DNA of 64,000 bases from Puniceicoccaceae bacterium (GTDB lineage: Bacteria; Verrucomicrobiota; Verrucomicrobiia; Opitutales; Oceanipulchritudinaceae), in assembly GCA_040830765.1 (NCBI GenBank), contig JBFOMH010000005.1, forward strand, positions 160,001 to 224,000. The letters are read 5' to 3'. This document shows positions 15,001 to 20,472 of this stretch, in pieces. The notes beneath the pieces are model-generated. The model did not search any database and was not told the DNA's origin. It was given only the letters and a program-made list of their open reading frames with translations. The position numbers were made by a program, and so were the translations under genes. Within the stretch, counting starts at the first letter, position 1, and the number at the start of each line of letters is the position of its first letter.

Positions 15001-15221
15001 GAAACATTATCCGATTGAGCGATCGGCGCATCCTCGATTGAGAAAATATCGTCGCCGTTTTGCTGGATTTCCTGGCCCGTCAACCGGTCGTCCTGATAGG
15101 CCACTTCCGTGGAATCCTGAGCGTCCGGATGGTGGTCCGGAACGGTCGCCGAGAGGCCATCTGCGGAAAGCAATAACCGGGGCTCCAGGGGCTCCAGTTC
15201 ATAGTTTCCACGCGTGCTCAT
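1..15221 (-). CDS. Giant LEPR-XLL surface/secreted multidomain protein (>5,070 aa, 3' end outside window): Zn-metalloprotease motif, Zn-PLC/P1-nuclease-like domain, golvesin/CBM-like domain, FG-GAP repeats, beta-helix-like adhesin stalk
   Basis: ATG at 15221 follows GAGAGG and translates MSTRGNYELEPLEPRLLLSADG. The same frame reads ...ALTDADGKSAGFGAFGGMV at the left edge. The ORF track lists no minus-strand ORF in this frame over 1-15.2 kb, consistent with no stop codon in the window. Motifs read by hand: HEAGHLMGFEH (14321-14289), FKPYTH...GPD...HAIADVWSH...HILLD (14240-13785), and D-x-D-x-D FG-GAP repeats (~8630-9610). Confidence 0.9.
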   Translation of the reverse strand, partial: MSTRGNYELEPLEPRLLLSADGLSATVPDHHPDAQDSTEVAYQDDRLTGQEIQQNGDDIFSIEDAPIAQSDNVSANVSASVEDEFRALNVYPVTDETATLDLHSGQLGYTRLLDLADPLSRELVTTLHAANGPPAEDFHHHGTPSQIFYIDLDGAFGIHYEGPISIENIAVDPLDLPKAIAGDLDVMTDALLDSLALAFAGSGIEFTTDKPVGTVDYSTIFVGSTDAFKDHEAFVGLAEKIDEGNADTSDIAFVFDDMLEALWRSADTLGGILFDSAVSAADDVLFNAVSYGQELAKYVAHEAGHLMGFEHGHSLDHNDDDPLAELAFKPYTHIEVARDVRDDAIDDGLVTIEGVEYPVHPRIVEALIKYPAHFYGGAVGPDGFPDVVFGQTQVHPETTGVWIAHIMDKAWEAQFDDLYTEQEKLQILSFGFGFPLHAIADVWSHTLVNEFSDGPFPFIAKAVTSDLAAGNVIRHILLDGYMGVFTPGFDTGTDREQISTGDVTDLGTLSQSLDVPVYFTYDVFINDLPDLPGHREEFVFGFDMVDPSLVTDLDAGDFPSDLGDQFDTYNGGVTVLSKIVLLPADAIRIEVAVPGSVWTMKNGFRDFTIRKYADDRVEVLETVKSRGIILDQFLRLRKILDQIASELPDSTGDIDPFRTEVNSILAAGDQLLAGQIPDTDQLISDFTALIDSIVTPFQEVFDIIFSGEIFDDPDLETIILDLVTAMGTAGGGLAQDYLQYWINNLDEGFQNWSKLGLAISNTLFDYEQRRILQNREGAADGPDVVDPDFPDPRAEEEGSFGLIDYLFNELDDPNNDGNTEDSFLNKYLIPMIGYPKAVGDLRVAVFDFLDILEDKVIDPLNQLLGDINPLSPLLDYIKEKIEEYLYETIREAILERYGVDIEVFEVIDDTGLLDLKSITIGGNVISVFKDVDHERMDAYLGFEGKDHLQPLDLVGNTRTYDIGDGDQLVLTFHDDARGDPKPNAEFDKEVFAVYRNSVVMGKMLLLQETLVEDPLGPQPKTVSKLLSDLTGTDYDFEKLNIVGNHGGNIFTAIMPSPSNGNIASVFSVAGLVADLDDLNTTILPAVLDTEFLNVLGVDFDSVQTRRLTDNSWLIDGVVGVSGLQYRVYNIAGPTLDPEFVVYDTVGVLDRFGAPVNLFDFYDLPMDGDAWLISIDTDHPWREDSQSVRSDLYRFKTGGDGSHFVTWTFTGLDDTKTYRVQTDWLFNGGITEEGEILPAAAARYTVNGGLPILVDQKMAPDSVIIFPESGIDRKGQAWETLAEVSPVGGQIQIKLTNELLPEEGDFVIAGMARIVPLEAGVPDDENAQVITNKDSGYVATAGDNTGLDPVSPFLIDITLPGSVPEATALGNLDASVLPDFIRDALATQTGLGPLGQGISSYLFNEVDILNVAPVDAVKILPFQLVLIEGAAQVVSGIITDPLSHFIWTEFQTTYPDLLDQAFLLNPAATAETQEMIAFGLNEILKSGASIFDPVLFDDPGNPIYLRPATQLALAASPTTDEALIRLNRLLLEDAYRNDLGHVIENGFVVSTITEGSAWTVLTLRNGLPQTKDTFGYADRYTLVYDGMGSFTLHEDWRSIEYETGSGAFPLWESELLRDPVFRTVFDEWENGTEIYPELDDETTIDPNTLYPSGPLTFNAFPAWVVPVPVAIAPVTGDLVIDGDEILNFTGDRVFTNIVGNGDLLPDSLVLEVEGTVTLNGFIGGGGLTDITIIAGEGIIVTGEEFIVENGVRVSREAPTTISTRQVAAGQNHVEDASTADSGNLILQAPVISVGNGVNLLAQADGGFAEGSITLHGEDLFSEVWSLLGISQLQNTDTLSKISIGMDARIVAGSINIFADALTEKTADVDLEASYAVRDIALGDFDNDLDEDLVVVTSGQGLLLFTNTGGTFGAPTVIDSTEFDGTSLFVADFDGLNGPDLVVGVNDGPDRFYLNDGTGLGTAENVVLVDEYDTTDIIAANIDADPELELIISTAFSGIWTYQYVAAPAPDADRFDTPAQLQTGLFTTLVMGDVDQDGTDDLLAGVSGAPDLFFAGLALGGFDTAVDVNSGESLATLSLALGNIDADPELELVAGTDGEQLRLYQYTGAGFSASTILDSELFSNQAVLLDDVDGDGDVDLVSGNNGQPNRLYLNEAGVLQPFVDIGEEAEFTRAIVLADLDGETGLELIAGNNTHVSRVYNWTSAAGTDGYLLGESLAVDPQLVASAGIDVPVTLTTDSAITLTAGADAIVHVGEALLLATGDIDITSQATTNVSLTTQTTSFGVTYGNTQPNAATTISRGAEIYSGTSVDINALANNDLNVLTLLPSKNVSLNVAFSLAISEVYSNAVVESGAIIEAPTASVLAENHSSYQNNAITVGFGTEEGEDDAYGFSIALGFNQSFANATASGNILTDGDLSVAGRAINDLNVTRTFSASNAGTSNTDNDPNEQDDGLLSWVAKILDFIDLLDYETVKPVIIVYNLLGEEDDSDKKTQEEEPQDAYALSLAFVTSDNTGNGIVGDDAFITVGGRMDVDGQATDTFQISASASAGASGETEGLNLGGALTYSKVANKANAFINWNSVVDVRQELDIVGNSELLSPVEPLQLALAILGFGEGAELERDLGTIDSTYQYGSSFTNFDGVGETASVQQLLDDQARPIAEDTLDENEVGTSFIHTSGSAEGDGTAAGGGVTIMFEYNAGSAGIAQNAQVNTRAEELWAPGDIAIQDVNVTAFGTVESVHYAGNLSVLNFVLGETAAKSYGGYLDIILVQNFATAYIDDMAEVKAGQDINIDAVAAAELVTMAISGSYSEKTSIDGAIIWNRLRQTTIAQIEDRALVEAGRDVNIHATSDPTVISLAPSFAISGETGVGIGVTITEIDDETWAFIGDRLETLNFGGYGGVQGTVTAGNNIDILADSTPVAWSFGASAGAATGSDNNGEEKKTDNGSPLSGGVLAIFGKSSDTDTIQSGGSQDNDEGVEASSSWGFAGSISFNLIKQETTAEISDWVRVTAAGVVEVEAFADPTLVVGAGAFAFASSDEESALAIGGSYGHNQIQQTTFAHVSAAEIFVPDLIILSHTDNTFLGIAASAAGASADQDDDSGIGIAGGVQLSGMDVETWAAVSSEVLVESDNLTVDALNESLVLPISGALAFADDYAVGLNVALSFINTDVRAWIDGAANLDLAGDAVVLGTNDLQIVSVAASLGIATDNMAAAGSASSMNLDHQVRSWIGGVGDGVIDVAGSLYVGAHDITDMIVIVGQVSVGESVGFGISLANANIERSVQAYIEDGATVNVGGSGTGIADLNGSGYGGVGLTVDAFVSESLLMFAAGGSGGEDLAIAASGVVITMNSSVNAYASGELNVHTLRVRAEHDLSILDAAGAAAIATSGGAGFGAAIDVEEINTEVEAFIDGDAVISATNDVIVDAITSYEILSLALSGTYGDNFAFAGSVSVLLLEPVTRAYVASGASVVANGSVVIHAESNDFIATGDGAISISGGGAATVGASVSVVFHTDLTEAFIEGGASVDALAQDAVAPVLVSNGEFDSDGNPVLVPFKGLAVLAISFEEFLTIAVGFGAGAEVAIGGSVTINTIEQVTRAYLMAGALINEQEAGVGSSQSVLVRAADGTDVTALAGGLQIGNSVGLGAGVDIAIINKDTRAYVEAGTTVNAQNDVTVDAQSDEMVLSITANAGIAGSVGIAFSAAIYNVDTETRAYLEDGGVTVSAGGDLNVTADDTTSFLLIAGSVGIGGGVGVGASNTTVIRTDTVEAWIGQDADITISGNPGVNVLATSSEELIAIAAAGAAAGTVAGAGSATVNVLTDETIAWIARGTTINASDPDPAKSPGVTVLASDESTLIGVAGSLALAGGVGIGIGAEVGTHDKFTTAFIDSGVTIDAEGDVAVVADSVEDLTSVAAGVAGGITVGVALDAGVHIMNLNTRAFIGDDPSSGIPTAGPADVHAGGTVLVSANDRTEADMVVGSLAAGVVGVAAGAGVTIIDKVTEAFIGDNSLVTGDGNTSGLTVRTGAFTIGTDVGAPTFDPGAPEGEGIEASDSGLATADATSLSQQGEVNMPTFAEMDVDKQGGDDAGIDGARTAVPGTIAGFNGVAVTATNQDDIEVFAISLGAGVVGVAIAAPVNVLDIRTTAYIGTGAQINADTSAAGPSQSVLVAAGNDFYHLAVAGTLAAGVVGVAPAADVSVLEFVTEARILGGVTVNAADDIAVLANSYEDLMLMGFGIAAGVVGIGGAVSVLIVDAETSATIAVGTDLMAGGDVLVAANDETEVLVVAGALAAGLVGVGGSVGVITIDKITTATVDADVDALGNGTAISGVLDGSIVSDEFGVADINGLIIQATSSEDIFHLALAGGFGFVGVAGAVAVTIIDSDTVALLGGSSDVNQTGGNAGASATQSVFVNAANSFNIQSIAAGAAAGLVGIAGGVNVGTVRNDKTAKILSGAVVEAARDVEVNALGILRFEGFTISGGFGAVGIAASVSVWSLGSELNSSYEDNDGNTANAVEADGGATADEDAGGQSEAASGEVAGQLNSFGSDEDSDENTKQVDAITGSASTRLSSQGPTQAGVTGILNSTVVPLGTEAVIESGSTVVAGGDVEVRAREDVEIEMLVGGAAAGLVGIGASVSVNSFSFNTRAEIGGTVHAGNLINVEATLREDIYIRAINGTAGAIALGAAVVVVDDNSSQLARIADNSVILNANKVNIKAEADRTLEIETDQGAIGLGALGASFTQLKVSGSTEAYVGNNVQIGQGIGDVGDLEILALATIDAIAETGALAAGGIAISANFAWVEADPLVRAFIGEGSMVNLLGFASIIGEVDANVEADVLTAAIGLGTIGLSWASADLLPAIQAFIGPFVILNASSIKIESAFNHGRGAGPKLDRRSKAKAESPSVGFAGAGQGSLAFANTIPEIVTYAAKNTLLKSTGDISVSSYSWSGAFADADGLSLGGLAAIGANVSYATAGGDGSDGNTATYIDGAVDGDGNLTVLSEVGAWADSETEAASASIGGSVVVNIAESVASPTIRTSIGLVGSTNLIEVGGDIVVRTDSDARALTDADGKSAGFGAFGGMV

Positions 15222-15286
15222 TTTCCTCTCCAGTCTGCCCAACTGGCATCAAAATTTCTTATAGATGCCATTCGCAGTCCTAATGA

Positions 15287-15316
15287 GGCATAGCAAAAGG
15301 GGAGATTTTTCGTCAA
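15287..15316 (-). promoter_or_regulatory. Candidate sigma70 promoter for the giant gene
   Basis: Minus strand TTGACG-N18-TATGCC, with a TG just upstream of the -10-like box, in an AT-rich intergenic stretch. Confidence 0.3.
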
Positions 15317-15528
15317 TTTAAAAATGAGTAAAACACCCGATTTTCCAATAAAAAGGTCTTTAAATAGCGCCATGGAGTTTCCCATGATTAGTCAGGAAAT
15401 GACCTAAATACTGCATTTCTCCAGCGTGGCGCAGCTGCCTTTAGCAGCAAAAAATAGAGGATCTACAGGCCATACGGAGGACCAGTCCCAGCTGACAACC
15501 GAGGGGATACAGTAATTACTGGCGGCGA

Positions 15529-16254
15529 TTATTCCCCATCGCGGAATCTCCGGATCCACTCCAGATTCAGGGCCGAGCCCTGACGCTTGGTCGTGGACGT
15601 TTGGGGCAGTTTGCCGGCATTGAAGGAATATGGTCCCTTGGAAAGGATTTCCTCGAGGACCACACGGGGATTGGAGACCAGCGCTTCGTATGCAATACGC
15701 AGCGGATCCAGCTGCACCTTTTCAAAAAAAACCTCCCAGTAGCTGTTCTCTGATTCCAGTCGTTCGACGTTGCGGGCAATCGTAGTGCGGTCATAGACAG
15801 GTTCCCTCCCGGAGTAAGTTTCCTCTCCATCAAAGACCCGCCACTCATTGGTTTGCTCGGCGATGGTCAGGGAAACGGCCTGGGCGACAGTATCCCGCCG
15901 GTAAAGAAATACGGGAACAATCTCCGGAAAGAGCCTCCGGAATAGCTCCCCCTCCCCCATGCCGTTTGGGGAGTCCTTTAAACGTTGCACCCGTGCCCGT
16001 TCCCAGTGTTCCGGCATCAGCTTGATAGCCCACCCTTTTTCCGGGGTCCGACGGGCCGCGGAAACAGCGCCAAGATAGGTCGCAAGGTCGGCCTCTGGAG
16101 AGATGCCAATGCGCTGTCGCTCATCAATCTCATAAGGAGGATTGAGCCACTCCCCCAACCAGCCGTAGGTCCAGCTTTGCAGGATCAGGGATCCGAGGAA
16201 ATTGCTCCCCGATCGCTGTGTCGTGAAAACAACCAATGCCGCCGGAACCTTCAT
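15529..16254 (-). CDS. Stf0-family sulfotransferase
   Basis: PAPS-binding-type TTQRSGSNFL, EWLNP, IKLMPEH, LYRRDTVAQAVS and IAYEALV motifs typical of the Stf0 family. Confidence 0.85.
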   Translation of the reverse strand: MKVPAALVVFTTQRSGSNFLGSLILQSWTYGWLGEWLNPPYEIDERQRIGISPEADLATYLGAVSAARRTPEKGWAIKLMPEHWERARVQRLKDSPNGMGEGELFRRLFPEIVPVFLYRRDTVAQAVSLTIAEQTNEWRVFDGEETYSGREPVYDRTTIARNVERLESENSYWEVFFEKVQLDPLRIAYEALVSNPRVVLEEILSKGPYSFNAGKLPQTSTTKRQGSALNLEWIRRFRDGE

Positions 16255-16490
16255 GTCCGGACAGGCTATTTAGCATCTCCTCTTAAAGTCGAGTCCGAAC
16301 CCAGGCGGGTACCGACAGTGTGGGTCGCCGCCCTTGGAGCAATCAATCCTTCTAGCTCTTCCCTTGCAGGTATGAAATCAGGTTTGCCTCCAAAAGATTG
16401 TTGTCGGCGGTGTTGGCATTCCTCCGGCCACGGCAGTCGAACAGGAAGAAGACCACGGTGACCTAGGTCAGCATGTGGGGTTGCTGGGGC

Positions 16491-18407
16491 CTAGCCGATG
16501 AATTTACCTCTTGCCGTGTAGTGCGTGTGCAGGAGTTTGTGGCTAAGGGGGCCGCAGGGTCCATCTTTCAAGAACTCTGAATAAATCCTGTTTACTGCCG
16601 GATTCTCATGGGACTTGCGCACTTCGTAGGCATGATCTTCCTCGTAAATGGCATTGGCACGGGCCTGACGGATATCCTGACTGGTCGGGATGGGCATCCC
16701 GCCGCCCCCAAGGCAACCGCCGGGGCAAGCCATGATTTCAATGAAGTGGCATTCACTAAACGGTCCGCCACTTTTAATATCCTCCATAACCTTGTGGGCA
16801 TTCGCCGTCCCGTGGGCAATTCCCACTTTCAGGACTGCTCCGGCCAGCCATTTCCAGTCCGGGACGAGGTGGGCAATCAACTCCGGAACTGGCCCGACCT
16901 TGGCTGGAATTGTTACTTCTGCCAGACGGCACCCATCAAATCCACGAATCGGAATAATGTCCGCATGATCGTAGAAATTCTCCACCCTTTCGCCGGTGAC
17001 GAGTTCAAGTACCGTGCGCAAGGCCGCCTCCATCACCCCGCCAGTTGCACCGAATATTACACCGGATCCAGTTGCCGATCCAAAGGGATCATCAAAGTCG
17101 GACTTGGGAAGGTCGGGAAGATGAATACCCGCTTCACTGATCATCTGGGCAACTTCCCGGGTGGTCAGTCCATAATCAACATCCCGGAATCCACTTGAGC
17201 ACATCTCCGACCGGCTGCACTCAAATTTCTTCGCTGTGCAAGGCATCATGGCCACTGAGACGATATTGGCCGGATCAGTCCCGATTCGCTCGGCATAGAA
17301 AGTCTTGATCAGGGAACCAAACATTTGTTGGGGGCTTTTCGCGGAAGACATGTTGTCCAGGAACTCCGGAAAGAAATGCTCCACGTACTTGACCCATCCG
17401 GGCGAACAACTGGTGAACTGTGGAAGGGGCATGGAGGTGTCTTGTTGAACAAGACTCTTGTAAAGACGAAGTAGCAGTTCAGTCCCTTCCTCGATGATCG
17501 TCAGGTCAGCGGTGAAGTTGGTGTCAAAGACCCGGTCGAACCCACAGCGACGCAGTGCAGTATTTAGTTCCCATGTCAGGGCATGCCCCGGCTCCATCCC
17601 AAATTCTTCGCAAATTGCTGCTCTTGGACTGGGAGCCGTCTGGATGACGACATGCTTCTCAGGATCGTCAATGGCCGCCCATACGTCATCCGTGTTATCA
17701 TTGGCGCGCAAAGCGCCGGTCGGGCACCGGTTGATACATTGACCGCAATTGATGCAGACAACATTCCCGAGCGGCTTATCCAAATAAGTTGATATCCCGA
17801 GATTGATCCCTCGGTTAACGGTTTCCAAGGCCCCAACCTTCTGCAGCTCCTGGCAGGTCCGTACGCACCGCTGGCAAAGAATGCATTTATTATTGTCCCG
17901 GATTATTGAAACGCTGGAGCGATCGATATCCGCGGTTGCCTCAGTACGATGGCCAAACCGGAAAAAGTCGACCCCGTATTCCCCTGCCAGATCCTGTAAT
18001 TCACAGTTGTGATTGCGGTGGCAGGAATAGCATTCACCAACATGCTCGGACAGCAGGAGATCGATAATGTGCCGCCTTGCCGTTCGGACTTTTGCTGAAT
18101 GAGTCTGGATGGATATATTGGCAGTGATTGGAAATGTGCAGGCTGATTGAAGGGTTTTCATGCCCTCGATCTCGACAATGCACATTCGACAAACTCCAAT
18201 GGCGCACAAGTCGGAGTGATAACAGAGGGTCGGAAGATCAATCCCGAGCGTCTTGCAGGCAGCTAGAATCGTAGTGCCCGGTTCGACCTCAAGGCCTTTT
18301 CCGTCGATGGTAACGGACAGCGTTTCCGAAGTGCCTCCCCCGGTCTGACGATCGGGAGGCTCACCCAACGGGGCAGGGTCGTATGCTTTTTGTGCCAGCT
18401 TATTCAC
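16491..18407 (-). CDS. hydA: [FeFe]-hydrogenase group A catalytic subunit (HydA/HndD-like)
   Basis: N-terminal 2Fe-2S, His-ligated 4Fe-4S (HVGECYSCHRNHNC) and 2x4Fe-4S (CILCQRCVRTC, CINCGQCINRCP) motifs. H-cluster motifs FTSCSPGW, MPCTAKKFE and EIMACPGGCLGGGG, plus the C-terminal RKSHENP...LLHTHY. Confidence 0.95.
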   Translation of the reverse strand: MNKLAQKAYDPAPLGEPPDRQTGGGTSETLSVTIDGKGLEVEPGTTILAACKTLGIDLPTLCYHSDLCAIGVCRMCIVEIEGMKTLQSACTFPITANISIQTHSAKVRTARRHIIDLLLSEHVGECYSCHRNHNCELQDLAGEYGVDFFRFGHRTEATADIDRSSVSIIRDNNKCILCQRCVRTCQELQKVGALETVNRGINLGISTYLDKPLGNVVCINCGQCINRCPTGALRANDNTDDVWAAIDDPEKHVVIQTAPSPRAAICEEFGMEPGHALTWELNTALRRCGFDRVFDTNFTADLTIIEEGTELLLRLYKSLVQQDTSMPLPQFTSCSPGWVKYVEHFFPEFLDNMSSAKSPQQMFGSLIKTFYAERIGTDPANIVSVAMMPCTAKKFECSRSEMCSSGFRDVDYGLTTREVAQMISEAGIHLPDLPKSDFDDPFGSATGSGVIFGATGGVMEAALRTVLELVTGERVENFYDHADIIPIRGFDGCRLAEVTIPAKVGPVPELIAHLVPDWKWLAGAVLKVGIAHGTANAHKVMEDIKSGGPFSECHFIEIMACPGGCLGGGGMPIPTSQDIRQARANAIYEEDHAYEVRKSHENPAVNRIYSEFLKDGPCGPLSHKLLHTHYTARGKFIG

Positions 18408-18425
18408 TTTGCTGTAATTCTCCTC

Positions 18426-19610
18426 TCAGGCGGGAATTCGCCCCAATATTTCATCCTTGAAGTTTTTCACGATGGAAAGGAAGGCGTTCGCACTGGTCTG
18501 CCCCAGGCCACACTTTGCGGCAACTTGCATGCTTTCTCCAAGTCGCACCAGTTCCTCAAGATAATTCATTGCGCAGCGGCCCTCCTTGAGCAGCCGAACA
18601 CCCTCCAGCAACTTGACGTTACCAATGCGGCATGGGGTGCATTGCCCGCAGGATTCATCGCAAAAGAACTCGAGGAAGTTTTCTGCAACATCAAGCATAT
18701 CACGTTCAGGACCGAATACGATGACAGATCCCCCGGTCGGAACATCCTCGAACGCGATTGATCGGGAAAAATCCCTTGCCGGGACGCAGTGTCCGGAAGC
18801 CCCACCAACTTGGACAGCCTTGGCATTTTGCCCGCCCGCAGCCTCTATCAGCTCCGCAATGCTTATGCCCATGGGAAATTCGTAAACTCCAGGGGAAGTG
18901 CAATCACCGGAGATGCTGAACAGCTTGAGGCCGGTTGACTGCTCGGTCCCGAGCGAGCGAAACCAGCCCGAGCCCAGGCTGAGGATGCTTGTGCACCAGG
19001 CAAATGTCTCCACGTTGTTAACCACGCTCGGCTTGTTCAGGTACCCCCGTGCAACGGGATAGGGTGGCCGGTTCCTCGGGACCCCCCGGTAGCCCTCAAG
19101 GCTTTCAATAAGAGCAGACTCTTCTCCGCAGACATAGGCCCCGGATCCAAGGTGAATCCGGATGTCAAAATCAAAGCCTTCCATCCCAAGAATGGTTTCC
19201 CCAAGAAGATTTGCCTGACGCAGGTCCAGTAACGATTTCTTCAGACGCTTCATCAGGTATGCGTATTCTCCCCGCAAGTAGACGATCCCATGACGGGATC
19301 CCACCGCATAGGCGCATATCGCCATCCCAAGGAATACTTGCTCTGGATATCGATTGAGAATGACCCGGTCCTTGAATGTTCCCGGCTCCCCTTCATCCGC
19401 ATTGCAAATGACGTACTTGGGGAAATTCTCTTCCCCTGCGCAAAGCCTCCACTTCAAGCCAACCGGAAATCCTGCCCCACCCCGGCCCTTCAAGCCGGCT
19501 TCCTCCATTTGCGTCAACACATCCCGGCGGGACTGTTGCAAGGCCAGTTTGAGCCCACTTCCGGGATTTATGGACCCAAAACTCAGTTTGCCTGAATTGC
19601 TCATAATCAT
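18426..19610 (-). CDS. hydB: NuoF-like NADH/FMN-binding hydrogenase beta subunit (short form)
   Basis: GLKGRGGAGFP, CNADEGEPGTFKD, GAYVCGEES and ESCGQCTPCRIG...CGLG motifs. Start placed at ATG 19610, which overlaps the upstream stop (ATGA). Confidence 0.92.
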   Translation of the reverse strand: MIMSNSGKLSFGSINPGSGLKLALQQSRRDVLTQMEEAGLKGRGGAGFPVGLKWRLCAGEENFPKYVICNADEGEPGTFKDRVILNRYPEQVFLGMAICAYAVGSRHGIVYLRGEYAYLMKRLKKSLLDLRQANLLGETILGMEGFDFDIRIHLGSGAYVCGEESALIESLEGYRGVPRNRPPYPVARGYLNKPSVVNNVETFAWCTSILSLGSGWFRSLGTEQSTGLKLFSISGDCTSPGVYEFPMGISIAELIEAAGGQNAKAVQVGGASGHCVPARDFSRSIAFEDVPTGGSVIVFGPERDMLDVAENFLEFFCDESCGQCTPCRIGNVKLLEGVRLLKEGRCAMNYLEELVRLGESMQVAAKCGLGQTSANAFLSIVKNFKDEILGRIPA

Positions 19611-20125
19611 ACCATTGCCTCCTTCATGAGTGGGTTGATGGCAGTCAGATTCTTGCGGCACGATTGTAGAATCAAGTTCACCTGTTCAGGAGTGACCCGC
19701 GTGAACACTTCGTCATTGATCAGCAGTGCGGGTGACTGATCGCACATGCCCAGACAATGAGCGTATTCCAGGGTAAAGAATCCGTCCTCTGTGGTCTCCC
19801 CAAAGGCAATGCCGAGTTCATTCTCCAACTGCCGCGCCACATTCTCCATATTGGCCATCTTGCAGCTGATGGTCCGGCATAGGCGGATGACATACTTCCC
19901 GTGATACTTCTCACTCAGAAAGGCGTAGAAGGTCACTACCCCATAGACCTCGACTGGATGGATTTCCAGGATGTCCGCAATGCTTTGCATGGCGAAATCC
20001 GAAATCTCGTGATAGCGGCGCTTGACCTCCTGCAGAATGGGCAGCAAGGCATTCCGCTCCCTCCCATACTGATCCGCAATATTCTCGAAATCGGCCCGTA
20101 GCCGGTCTTCCCTGGTTCTTAGCAT
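19607..20125 (-). CDS. hydC: NuoE-like 2Fe-2S hydrogenase gamma subunit
   Basis: LLPILQEV, VYGVVTFY, CRTISC and CLGMCDQSP motifs; strong RBS GGAGGAG. Confidence 0.92.
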   Translation of the reverse strand: MLRTREDRLRADFENIADQYGRERNALLPILQEVKRRYHEISDFAMQSIADILEIHPVEVYGVVTFYAFLSEKYHGKYVIRLCRTISCKMANMENVARQLENELGIAFGETTEDGFFTLEYAHCLGMCDQSPALLINDEVFTRVTPEQVNLILQSCRKNLTAINPLMKEAMV

Positions 20126-20472
20126 GCGTCTACTCCTCCAAAGTTTTCCTATTAATTTTTTGCGTTCTGTGCAAACACAAAATTAGTTTTCTTTATGGTA
20201 AACACGCCCATTTTTCTGTGCATAAAACAGTCTGCCGGATCTTTTTCTAACCAGCCCAGAGCTGGCGGATGCTCATCTCGAGACCCAATAATCGTTCTTG
20301 AGCAACTGCACGGTGAGGATGAGGCCGAGGACAACATATTATGACCTTCATAAGGTTCCTTTATTTGCCGCTTCCAACCCACTGGGCTTTTGACTTTTTC
20401 AGCCCATCTAATTAAATACTCCCGCCCCCCAGGAAGTAGTTGAACGTAGTTAACAAGAATGGAGGAACGACG

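Noticed and set aside
7..15283. Dozens of 60-260 aa ORFs on both strands in the ORF track
   Set aside because: They are antisense or off-frame shadows of the single giant minus-strand gene and carry no recognisable motifs.
18426..20125. nuoE/nuoF of respiratory complex I
   Set aside because: They are in an operon with an H-cluster protein and no other nuo genes, so they are hydrogenase subunits.
20165..20222. TTCTGTGCA direct repeat upstream of the hydrogenase operon as a Rex/FNR-type site
   Set aside because: It does not match the Rex or FNR palindromic consensus and is too short to support a call.
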